From: an uncultured Muribaculaceae bacterium
GTDB taxonomy: Bacteria > Bacteroidota > Bacteroidia > Bacteroidales > UBA932
Reading direction: 5' to 3'
DNA: 64,000 nucleotides
Assembly (NCBI GenBank): GCA_964394295.1
Contig: CAYMVG010000004.1
Span: 27,433 to 91,432, forward strand
Each line of letters starts with the position of its first letter. Position 1 is the stretch's first letter. The notes below the pieces were generated by a model. It was not told the DNA's origin. It ran no database searches and saw nothing but the letters and a program-made list of their open reading frames with translations. A program made the translations under genes and the position numbers. Below, in pieces: positions 29,138-37,786 of the stretch.

Positions 29138-31744
29138 ATGAATAAGGAAATCATTAAAAAATGTGCTGTTTATGCAGGGATAGTCCTGCTTTTTGCAGTC
29201 ATGGCCTACGGCTTCACACCCCAGGTGCTGACAGGAAAAATCGTCAACCAGGGTGATATCGTATCATGGAAAGGAATGGCAAACGAAGCCATGACCTACA
29301 ATGCGGAGCATCCGGACGACCCGACCGCATGGACCAATTCCATGTTCGGAGGAATGCCTACGACTTTGGTCATAGATGATTTCAAAGGCGACTGGACCCG
29401 CAGCATCTACGGATTTCTGCAGACCGGCCGCCGTCCGGCAAGTTATTTTCTTATTGCGCTCATCGGAGGATTCCTGCTCATGCTCTCTCTCGGGGCGGGC
29501 AAGGTCACGGCAGTGGCAGGAGCAATCGCCATAACTTTCTGCTCATACAATATGCAGATTATACAGGCCGGGCACAACACGAAGATGCAGGCTATCGCAT
29601 ATTTCCCGTGGGTTCTTGCCGGAATCATCTTTACATACAAAACCGCACTCAAAGACAAGAAAACATGGAAAGAATGGCTGCCGGGAACAGTCTTCGGCTC
29701 CGTGCTTTTTGCCTTTGCGCTGAGTATGCAGATAAAGGCGAACCATATCCAGATTACATATTATCTGGCAATCGTGATTTTCATATATGCAATCGGACTG
29801 GCCATATATCTCGCTGCAGACAAGGCCAGACGCTCCGCCCTTCCCCGCTTCTTCACCGCCTCGGCTCTGCTTGCGGTCATGGGCTGCGTGGGCATAGCCA
29901 CAAATGCCAACAAACTCATACCGACATACGAATATACCCCATACACAATGCGCGGAGGCTCGGAGCTGACTTCCGGACAGCAGGGAGCGCCAAGAAAAGG
30001 TCTTGACATCGAATATGCCACGGCCTGGTCATACGGCATAGATGAGATGCCGAATCTTCTCATACCGAACTTCAACGGAGGTTCGTCAGCCGGAGCCATG
30101 GATCCGGACAAGTCAGAGGTCTATACTCTGCTAAAAAGGGCCGGACAGCCGAATCTGAAACAGACCATGAAAAGCCTGCCGCTCTATTGGGGGCCTCAGC
30201 CGGGAACAGCCGGCCCGATGTATCTCGGAGCAATCTCTATATTCCTCTTTGTACTCGGAATCATTCTGTGCAAGGGACGCGACAAATGGTGGCTTCTCAT
30301 TGCCTCGGCAATAGCCGTCATGCTCTCATGGGGAAATCATTTCATGTGGTTCACGGAGCTGTGGTTCAATCACGTGCCTTTCTACAACAAATTCAGGACA
30401 GTATCGATGGCCCTGACTATACTGCAGGTCACTGTCCCTATGCTCGGTTTCCTTGTACTGGACAGGCTCAGCAGGGAGGAGTATTCAAAGAAAGAATTTA
30501 TGCGGGCAGGCTGGATTGCATGGGGAATCACAGCCGGATTCTGCCTGCTGTGCATGATATTTCCGGGCATTGCCGGCTCTTTCACCGGAGCTGTTGACGA
30601 AGGACAGCCGGATGTGCTGGTCCAGGCCCTTATGGCAGACAGGAGGACTCTGCTTGTAGGGGATGCCATGAGGTCTTTCTGTCTGATAACAGTTGCATTC
30701 GCCTTCATTTTCTGGTTCTACCGCTCAAAAGAAGTATTTGCGGCAAAGAGAAGAATGTATATGCTCCCTCTTGTCATATGCTTCCTGACGTTGTTCGACT
30801 TGGCTGCTGTCGGTAAAAGATACCTCAACAATGACCATTTTGTGACCCCAAAAGATTTCAGCGCAGCATATTCACAGAGGCCTGTGGACAAGTTCATTCT
30901 CGCGGACAAGGACCCGGACTACAGAGTGCTGGATCTCAGCGTGAACACTTTCAACAACGCGATACAGAGCTATCACCACAAATGTATCGGAGGCTACAGC
31001 CCTGTAAAGATGCAGCGTTACCAGGATCTGATAGAACGGTCTCTGTCTTCTGAAATCCGTAAGGTCTACGCATCTGCCGGAGAAGCCGAAACTATTGCAG
31101 ATGTGGAGTCCTGTCTGCCGGAACTGCCGGCTCTGTCTATGCTGAATTGCAAATATATAATTCTCGGCGCGGATCTTCCGCCGGTGCGCAATGCACATTC
31201 ATACGGAAACTGCTGGTTTGTCACAAAGGCCGTCGAAGCGGAGACACCGGATGAGGAACTCCTGCTTACGCAGAATGCCGACCTTAAGACGACCGCTGTA
31301 ATAGGCAAGGATTTCGACTGGGCAATAGAAGCCATGAAAAAGTGCGGAGAGACGGCTTCAAGGTCCATAAAGCTCGCGGAATATGCACCCAATGAGCTAA
31401 GATACGATTTCAGGACGGAAGCGGAATCTGCGGCAATTTTCAGCGAAGTATACTACCCGAAAGGCTGGAAAGCCTGGATCGAGCCTGCAGGAAAATACGG
31501 CAATGTCGAGGACGGCCGGTATATTCCGACAGACGAAGCCGTTCCTGCCGGAATATTCAGGGCCGACTGGCTGCTCCGCGGAGTAATCCTGCCTGCCGGA
31601 GAGGGTCAGCTGATCATGCGCTTTGAACCGGATTCATACCGTATCGGCAAAAACATTTCAACGGCAAGTTCAATTATCCTGATTCTGCTCCTGCTCGGCT
31701 CCGCAGCCGGAATGATTGCCTGCACGAAACGGCAGGGTGAATAA
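29138..31744 (+). CDS. YfhO-family polytopic membrane protein (GT-C-like)
   Basis: WTNSMFGGMP, AGHNTK, NH.QITYY, YWG.QP, KFRTVSM, GGYSPVK and FSEVYYP..W, with many TM helices. Confidence 0.85.
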   Translation: MNKEIIKKCAVYAGIVLLFAVMAYGFTPQVLTGKIVNQGDIVSWKGMANEAMTYNAEHPDDPTAWTNSMFGGMPTTLVIDDFKGDWTRSIYGFLQTGRRPASYFLIALIGGFLLMLSLGAGKVTAVAGAIAITFCSYNMQIIQAGHNTKMQAIAYFPWVLAGIIFTYKTALKDKKTWKEWLPGTVFGSVLFAFALSMQIKANHIQITYYLAIVIFIYAIGLAIYLAADKARRSALPRFFTASALLAVMGCVGIATNANKLIPTYEYTPYTMRGGSELTSGQQGAPRKGLDIEYATAWSYGIDEMPNLLIPNFNGGSSAGAMDPDKSEVYTLLKRAGQPNLKQTMKSLPLYWGPQPGTAGPMYLGAISIFLFVLGIILCKGRDKWWLLIASAIAVMLSWGNHFMWFTELWFNHVPFYNKFRTVSMALTILQVTVPMLGFLVLDRLSREEYSKKEFMRAGWIAWGITAGFCLLCMIFPGIAGSFTGAVDEGQPDVLVQALMADRRTLLVGDAMRSFCLITVAFAFIFWFYRSKEVFAAKRRMYMLPLVICFLTLFDLAAVGKRYLNNDHFVTPKDFSAAYSQRPVDKFILADKDPDYRVLDLSVNTFNNAIQSYHHKCIGGYSPVKMQRYQDLIERSLSSEIRKVYASAGEAETIADVESCLPELPALSMLNCKYIILGADLPPVRNAHSYGNCWFVTKAVEAETPDEELLLTQNADLKTTAVIGKDFDWAIEAMKKCGETASRSIKLAEYAPNELRYDFRTEAESAAIFSEVYYPKGWKAWIEPAGKYGNVEDGRYIPTDEAVPAGIFRADWLLRGVILPAGEGQLIMRFEPDSYRIGKNISTASSIILILLLLGSAAGMIACTKRQGE

Positions 31745-31754
31745 AAACTTTCCA

Positions 31755-32099
31755 TTAAAAAAGCGCAGCCGGTGGCGACGGAATCAGCGGGATACTTTTG
31801 AGCACGATGCCCAGAGTAATCATGAATGCTATTATAAGATAGCCTTTCACGCTGAATGTCCTGAATATCGAAGTATTTGGCTCCGGAATGGACAGGATAC
31901 GTCCGGAATATGATTTCACCACCCCGGCAAACATAAACCAAAACCCGGCGAACACAATGGCGGAAAGCAGAAAATACCACCAGCGGAGCCTTTCCAGACC
32001 AAGGTAGAAATCAATTCCTGTCAAAGAAACTTTGATGCCGACAGCCATCCATATCAGGCCATTTGCCATGAGAAGATATTTGGTCGGTATCCTGAACAT
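31755..32099 (-). CDS. Small membrane protein, possibly C-terminally truncated
   Basis: Three TM segments with LL..NG..W..VG and KGYLIIAFM motifs. Ends abruptly at IPSPPAALF. Confidence 0.65.
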   Translation of the reverse strand: MFRIPTKYLLMANGLIWMAVGIKVSLTGIDFYLGLERLRWWYFLLSAIVFAGFWFMFAGVVKSYSGRILSIPEPNTSIFRTFSVKGYLIIAFMITLGIVLKSIPLIPSPPAALF

Positions 32100-32102
32100 A
32101 AT

Positions 32103-32987
32103 TTATTGCTCATCAGCGTCATCGTCGCAATCATCATCGGCTGAAGCGGCAGAGGCGGGACGGACGAGACGGACGGAAAGTTCGTACAGGAAATAGAGCG
32201 GAAGGAAGACTACCGCAAGCGTGAACGGGTCGCCGGAAGGAGTGATTATGGCAGCCAGCACAAGCAGAATGACTACAGCATATTTTCTGTATTTCATAAG
32301 CATCTCCCTGTCTATGATGCCGAGACGGGACAGCAGCCATGCGAGAAGCGGCAGCTCGAAGACAATTCCCATGACAAAAATCATCATGAGGAAATTGTTT
32401 ATGTATGAATTGAGGCTTATCTGATTGACGATATATTCACTTATCTGATATTCCGCAAGAAAGCGGAACGTAAAAGGAAATACGATGCAGTAGCCGACCG
32501 CGCAGCCGAGATAGAACATCCCTGTGCCGAAGAAAAATGCAAGCCTCATGTCCCTTACTTCCTTCGGGAAAAGGGCCGGACGCACAAACTTCCATATCTC
32601 ATATATGATATAAGGAAAAGCCATGACAAGTGCCAGCCAGAAAGACGTGCTGATGTGGGTCATGAACTGGGAAGCCACATTGATATTGATGATGTCGACG
32701 GAGAAGCCGCTGTCTCCGAAATCAGGAAGAAACGGCACCTTGCCGCCGAGATTTGCAAAGAACCTGTACAGAAAAAATCCTGCCCCTGTCGGTGCGAGTA
32801 TGAAATTGTCAAATATGTACGGCATTGCAATGAATGCGGCTACAACGCATATCACCAAAGCGACAAGCATTCTGAAAATTGTCCACCTCAGGGCTTCCAG
32901 ATGTCCCCAGAAAGACATTCCGCTGTCATCGGCACCGGATGATCCGGCATCTGCGGCCATATTTTCGACAAGATCCTTTTCTTTCAT
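32103..32987 (-). CDS. tatC: Twin-arginine translocase subunit TatC
   Basis: MSFWGHLEALR, YEIWKFV.PAL...E, FELP, AAIITP.GD and LYE.S, with six TMs. Confidence 0.96.
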   Translation of the reverse strand: MKEKDLVENMAADAGSSGADDSGMSFWGHLEALRWTIFRMLVALVICVVAAFIAMPYIFDNFILAPTGAGFFLYRFFANLGGKVPFLPDFGDSGFSVDIININVASQFMTHISTSFWLALVMAFPYIIYEIWKFVRPALFPKEVRDMRLAFFFGTGMFYLGCAVGYCIVFPFTFRFLAEYQISEYIVNQISLNSYINNFLMMIFVMGIVFELPLLAWLLSRLGIIDREMLMKYRKYAVVILLVLAAIITPSGDPFTLAVVFLPLYFLYELSVRLVRPASAASADDDCDDDADEQ

Positions 32988-33010
32988 ATATGCTATTTTT
33001 CCAGACAGGG

Positions 33011-33062
33011 AAATAATAAACAGAGGCTGCCCCGTACAGCATCATGAGTACGGGACAGTCTC
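33011..33062 (-). terminator. Hairpin/terminator between the TIM-barrel gene and tatC
   Basis: 15-bp imperfect stem (33023-33037 / 33048-33062) followed on the minus strand by TGTTTATTATTT. Confidence 0.7.
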
Positions 33063-33073
33063 CACAAAAACAA

Positions 33074-33931
33074 TTATTTAAAGTAAGGAGAATTCAACAG
33101 ATAATCCACGCTCTCTTTCATTCCGGCCTTCCAGTCATTGTCTACAAAAGCCTCCTGCTCGACAACAAAATCAACTGCACCGGCAACGTCCACATTGGAG
33201 AATATCGCATCGAAACCGACCATTCCGCTCTTTCCGACATCAAGATGATCCTTTATATGGAGAACCTTGAAACGGCCCGAATATTTGTGGAAATACTCGA
33301 CCGGGGCGGCTTTTCCGATTACAGTCCAATAGACGTCCATCTGGAAAAAGACGTATGCAGGGTCCGTGTGCTGAATCATATAGTCGAGCACGACCTCACC
33401 GTCGACAACGGTGAACTCATGGGCATGATTGTGGTATCCGAAAGCTATGCCGTTCTCAGCACACTTCTTTCCCACGGCATTGAAATAGTCGCAATACGTC
33501 TGAAGCACCTTAAGATTCTCAGGAACTCCGAGCCACGGAACGATAAGATATTTCATTCCGGCAGCCTTGTGTGCGGCAATGCATCCGTCCCACCATTTGA
33601 GTGACTCCGAGAAATCTCCGCTCTGACATTCCTCAGCCGTAAGGCCGTGACCGCAATGCGAAGACAGCACCTGCAGACCGGCAGCTTCGACATCCGCCTT
33701 GAACTGGTCCGGAGAACATCCATAGAAAAGGCCTCCGTCATAGTTGGCCGCTTCTACCGCTGTATATCCCATCTCAGCCAAAGACCTGAATACAGATTCA
33801 TGATTGGCGGCATAAAGCTCCGCGCTCCCTATCTCATCGCGAATGCTGTAAAGCTGCACTGCCACTTCTTTCCTTTCCGCACAGGAAACGGAAAGAAGAA
33901 GCAATGCAAACAAGACATTAATCTTTCTCAT
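33074..33931 (-). CDS. Xylose-isomerase-like TIM barrel lipoprotein (BT2156-like sugar phosphate isomerase/epimerase family)
   Basis: Lipobox SVSC, QLYSIR, GY..VE, YHNHAHEF, MDVYW, LHIKD and VEQE. Confidence 0.9.
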   Translation of the reverse strand: MRKINVLFALLLLSVSCAERKEVAVQLYSIRDEIGSAELYAANHESVFRSLAEMGYTAVEAANYDGGLFYGCSPDQFKADVEAAGLQVLSSHCGHGLTAEECQSGDFSESLKWWDGCIAAHKAAGMKYLIVPWLGVPENLKVLQTYCDYFNAVGKKCAENGIAFGYHNHAHEFTVVDGEVVLDYMIQHTDPAYVFFQMDVYWTVIGKAAPVEYFHKYSGRFKVLHIKDHLDVGKSGMVGFDAIFSNVDVAGAVDFVVEQEAFVDNDWKAGMKESVDYLLNSPYFK

Positions 33932-33948
33932 GTCAGAAGATGTCTCCA

Positions 33949-34803
33949 TTAGAACAGTTTCACACGGATATTGCGGAACCACACGTCATCGCCATGATCC
34001 TGGAAGCCGATATATCCCTCATGATTCTCGCCGCCGCAGTTGTTGAGAAGTTCGAATGCAAGAGGCCATTTCTCCTGGCTGAACTTGCTTGCCTGGAGCA
34101 TATCGGTCCACTGCGGAGTCCAGAGGTGATACTCAAGGACGTTCACGCCGTTCTGACCGTGTACGACAGTTCCTTTATAGACCATGATTTTGCCCGTGTT
34201 CCACTCGCCGTAAGGCTTCTGGTTCTGCGGCTTTGCAGGAATCATGTCGTAAAGAGATGCAGACTGCCTGTTGCCGTCGACGCCGAGCAGCGCATCAGGA
34301 TGGTTCGCATTGTCAAGAATCTGATACTCGGGACAAGAAATGTAAATAGGCTCATAGCGGGTCTCGCCGTCTTTCTCGGTAGTCACTTCCTGTGCGAGAT
34401 AGAACACGCCGGAATTGCTGCCCTCGGCGACTTTCCAGTCGAATTCAAGAATAAAATTCTGGAACTTGCGGGCGAAGATGATGTCGCCGCCTTCGGCTGT
34501 CTGGCCCTCTCCTGTACCTGTGCCGCTGAATTTGAGGCAGCCGTCCTCGACTGTCCACCTTGCAGGAACATAGTCCTTGCCGTATCCTCTCCAGCCGTCG
34601 AGAGACTTGCCGTCGAAAATCACATAGTAGCCCTCGGCATCCTGAGGATAGGACGAAAGGTCCACCTGAGCTTTATTTACCACTGTATATTCCGGGCAGC
34701 CTGATTTTGTCTCGGCTGCTTTCTTGCTGTTGTTCTGGCAGCCGCATGACGAAAGTGTCAATGCCGATGCAAACGCTGCCGCACAAATAATAATATTTTT
34801 CAT
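33949..34803 (-). CDS. DUF1080 lipoprotein (BT2157-like 3-keto-glycoside-processing enzyme)
   Basis: Lipobox LSSC, FDGK.L.GW, NSGVFY, PEYQILD, GEWN and QDHG..VWFRNI. Confidence 0.93.
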   Translation of the reverse strand: MKNIIICAAAFASALTLSSCGCQNNSKKAAETKSGCPEYTVVNKAQVDLSSYPQDAEGYYVIFDGKSLDGWRGYGKDYVPARWTVEDGCLKFSGTGTGEGQTAEGGDIIFARKFQNFILEFDWKVAEGSNSGVFYLAQEVTTEKDGETRYEPIYISCPEYQILDNANHPDALLGVDGNRQSASLYDMIPAKPQNQKPYGEWNTGKIMVYKGTVVHGQNGVNVLEYHLWTPQWTDMLQASKFSQEKWPLAFELLNNCGGENHEGYIGFQDHGDDVWFRNIRVKLF

Positions 34804-34829
34804 TTTGCAATTAGGTTTATAGTTGTCAA

Positions 34830-36308
34830 TTATCTCGGCATCTCAGGAAGTTCCCAGCCTGCGCGATAGTTGTGTTTGATAAGCTCTGCAGCGAACTCCT
34901 GTGCGTTTACAGGATCTGTCCATGTCTTGTTGAACGTAGGGTGGCCGTCTTTGATCGAGAAGCCGTCCTTTATGACAGACCTGACTGTGGCATCTGCCGG
35001 AATGTTTGTGAACCTCATGTTCTCTCCGTCCCAGTCGAGCACCTGATTGAGACCCTGGAGCCTTACTGCGAGCACACCCATTACGACCATTTCATTGAAT
35101 GGACCAGCCTCGCTGAAGTCAGAAGAAGAAAGAACCCTGTATTCAGGAGACTCTTTGCAGGCACGCACCCAATCCTGCTGATGGTTTCCGTCCGGAACTT
35201 CCCTGAGGACCTTAGGGGCATTGGGAACACGTCCTGAAACGAGATAAGGAGAAGCACCGTAGCAGCCGTAGACAAGAGTATCTTTTGTTCCGTACATGAT
35301 GACTCCGCCGCCGTTCATGTTCAGATCCTTTCCGGCAGGAAGTCCTTCCGGTCTGGTCGGCATCAGTCCGCCGTCATACCAGTTCACCTCAACCTCAGGC
35401 ATAGCGACTTTAGGCATATTGTCCCTTGCCGGGAAAATCATCTTGACCCTCTGGGCATTAGGACAAGACTCGGAAAGAAGAAGCGTAGAACTTCCCTCCA
35501 CCTTTGTCGGATATCTGAGGTTAAGAGCCTTGAATGCACCGTGGAGAATGTGGCAGGCCATGTCGCCGAGGGCGCCTGTACCGAAATCCCACCATCCGCG
35601 GAAATTCCAAGGAGTGTAGATCGAATTGTAAGGACGGTAAGGTGCAGGACCGATGAATGCGTCCCAGTTCATTGTTGAAGGAATCTTCTCCTCCTTGCCC
35701 GGACGCTCGAGTCCCTGCGGCCATATAGGACGGTCGGTAAAGGCCTCGATCTTTGTGACCTCACCGATTTCACCGTTCCACACCCATTCGCAGATTTTCC
35801 TCAGGCCTTCGCTGGAAGCGCCCTGGTTACCCATCTGCGTAGCCACTTTGTGCTTTGCGGCGAGCTTGGTGAGAAGCCTTGACTCATATACAGAGTGAGT
35901 AAGAGGTTTCTCGACATAGACATGCTTTCCTTCAGCCATTGCCTGTGCTGCGATGATCGCATGCGTATGGTCGGCTGTTGCAACCATGACAGCATCTGCA
36001 TCTTTCAGCATCTTGTCGTACATCTTGCGGTAATCGTTGAACTTCTTGGCATTAGGATACTGCTTGAACACATGGTCGGCATATTTCCAGTCCACGTCGC
36101 AAAGTCCGATGATGTTCTCGGTTCCGAGCCCGCGAAGCACCTCTGCACCGCGGCCGCCGATTCCGACTCCAAGAATATTGAGCTTGTCGCTCGGGGCAGC
36201 CGTATGGCCATGTACCTTACCGAGAATAGTACTTGGAGCAATGGTCATGCCCAGTGCCGCAGCCGTTCCGGTCTTCAGGAACGATCTTCTTGACATATCT
36301 TTTCCCAT
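34830..36308 (-). CDS. Gfo/Idh/MocA oxidoreductase with Tat signal (BT2158-like)
   Basis: SRRSFLK twin-arginine motif, GIGGRG, VYVEKPL, TQMGNQG and GTGALGDMACH. Confidence 0.93.
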   Translation of the reverse strand: MGKDMSRRSFLKTGTAAALGMTIAPSTILGKVHGHTAAPSDKLNILGVGIGGRGAEVLRGLGTENIIGLCDVDWKYADHVFKQYPNAKKFNDYRKMYDKMLKDADAVMVATADHTHAIIAAQAMAEGKHVYVEKPLTHSVYESRLLTKLAAKHKVATQMGNQGASSEGLRKICEWVWNGEIGEVTKIEAFTDRPIWPQGLERPGKEEKIPSTMNWDAFIGPAPYRPYNSIYTPWNFRGWWDFGTGALGDMACHILHGAFKALNLRYPTKVEGSSTLLLSESCPNAQRVKMIFPARDNMPKVAMPEVEVNWYDGGLMPTRPEGLPAGKDLNMNGGGVIMYGTKDTLVYGCYGASPYLVSGRVPNAPKVLREVPDGNHQQDWVRACKESPEYRVLSSSDFSEAGPFNEMVVMGVLAVRLQGLNQVLDWDGENMRFTNIPADATVRSVIKDGFSIKDGHPTFNKTWTDPVNAQEFAAELIKHNYRAGWELPEMPR

Positions 36309-36338
36309 AAAAAATTATTATAAAAGTGTTGTTATTAG

Positions 36339-36521
36339 TTATTCGTTGATTTCCTTTTCTATCTCATTCATCCCGTCCTTGAAACTCTTGACACCTTTGC
36401 CAAGTCCCTTCATAAGCTCGGGAATCTTCTTTCCTCCAAACAGAAGAAGCACAACCAGAGCAATTATTACAATCTCTCCGGCACCGATGTTTCCTAAAAA
36501 AAGTAAAGATTTCATAATCAT
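36339..36521 (-). CDS. tatA: Twin-arginine translocase subunit TatA/E
   Basis: [34 protein letters not shown]. Confidence 0.96.
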   Translation of the reverse strand: MIMKSLLFLGNIGAGEIVIIALVVLLLFGGKKIPELMKGLGKGVKSFKDGMNEIEKEINE

Positions 36522-36552
36522 TATGCAGTTAAAAATTTATATCAAAAAACGG

Positions 36553-37623
36553 TCATCTTCTCGGAAGCAGGCCGTATCCGTCTTTCATGTTCCTGCGTCT
36601 CTCCCTTATGGCCTCAAGCGTGGCATTGTTTCCTATCGAAGGCATTGCATTCTCCCGCGCGTTTTCGAGAAATTTCCACGCATAGCCGGATGCGATCGCC
36701 GAATCCTTAAGTTCCGGCAGGGACGGATTCCGCACACCGCTTGCGACGGATTCCGCAAAAAGACCGCACAGAACATCTATATTCTTGCCTCCGAAAGGCT
36801 TCTCCACAATCTCAGTCTTTGTCACGCCCCTCATCTCCACCTTCGCCGTCTTGAAGTCGTGCGTCATACGCACAATTCCTTTCGTTCCGATTATGTCTAT
36901 GTATGAATTGTGCGTCTGGTCCTTGGAAAGCTGTCCATATACAAATCCCTGCGTGATGTCAAACACCACCCCGCTGTCAAAAGTCCCGTGCACCTGAAGC
37001 CACCACGGGTCCTTATAGTCCCACATTCTGATTCCCTGCGCATTCCATGTCCTGAACTCGGCTTCGGCATACCACCTTGCAATATCGACATAGTGCATTC
37101 CGCAGTCATGGAAAGCAGGCCCTTCATATTCATGCCCCTCACCCGGAGCCAGTCCAGGAGTCATATGACAGATGCGTATGATGGCAAGCTCGCCTATCTC
37201 CCCGGACTTCACGAACTCCTTCATCGTCTTGTGGTACCAGGAGTTCCTGAGATAAAGATTCACGGCCGACATGACGGGAGACTTCTCCATAAGGGCGACA
37301 ATCTCATTCTCATCCTCCACGGAAGTGGCTATAGGCTTTTCGGTAATGATATGCTTTCCTGCCGCAACAGCCTTCTCTATCTGCCTTTTCCTGGAATCTG
37401 CCAGAGCAAAAAGCCCTACGACACAGATTTCAGGGTCATTGAAGATTATGTTTTCGTCATCGACGACAGTGACACCCGGATATTTTTCGGATGCGGCTTT
37501 GCGGGCCGCAGGAAAAATATCGCATATATAAACTATATCCCATTTTCCGCTGTCTCTCATCTGGTCCAGATACAGTTCACCCATCCTTCCGAACCCGATC
37601 ACACCGACTTTTATCTTATCCAT
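36553..37623 (-). CDS. Gfo/Idh/MocA oxidoreductase without signal peptide (BT2159-like)
   Basis: VGVIGFGRMG, HIITEKPI, GEIGEL and FHDCGMHYVD. Confidence 0.92.
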   Translation of the reverse strand: MDKIKVGVIGFGRMGELYLDQMRDSGKWDIVYICDIFPAARKAASEKYPGVTVVDDENIIFNDPEICVVGLFALADSRKRQIEKAVAAGKHIITEKPIATSVEDENEIVALMEKSPVMSAVNLYLRNSWYHKTMKEFVKSGEIGELAIIRICHMTPGLAPGEGHEYEGPAFHDCGMHYVDIARWYAEAEFRTWNAQGIRMWDYKDPWWLQVHGTFDSGVVFDITQGFVYGQLSKDQTHNSYIDIIGTKGIVRMTHDFKTAKVEMRGVTKTEIVEKPFGGKNIDVLCGLFAESVASGVRNPSLPELKDSAIASGYAWKFLENARENAMPSIGNNATLEAIRERRRNMKDGYGLLPRR

Positions 37624-37786
37624 TCCAAGCCACACTTATACAAAATTCCTATAAAGGTATTCATTTTTAGTATAACATACAAAAGGTTTTCCTGCCCTTC
37701 CGTGTTTTTGCAACGTAAATTTACGCCTTGAAAACGATTTTTCAATTAAAAGACGATTAACCCGGTCAAAAACCCTAATGTTTTTG

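Noticed and set aside
33940-34704. 254-aa plus-strand ORF, and similar long antisense ORFs (19213-20097, 25114-25821, 28283-29131, 36037-36906, 36910-37731, 41416-42294, 50081-50827, 60778-61620)
   Set aside because: All lie antisense to well-supported genes and lack motifs. They are shadows of codon bias.
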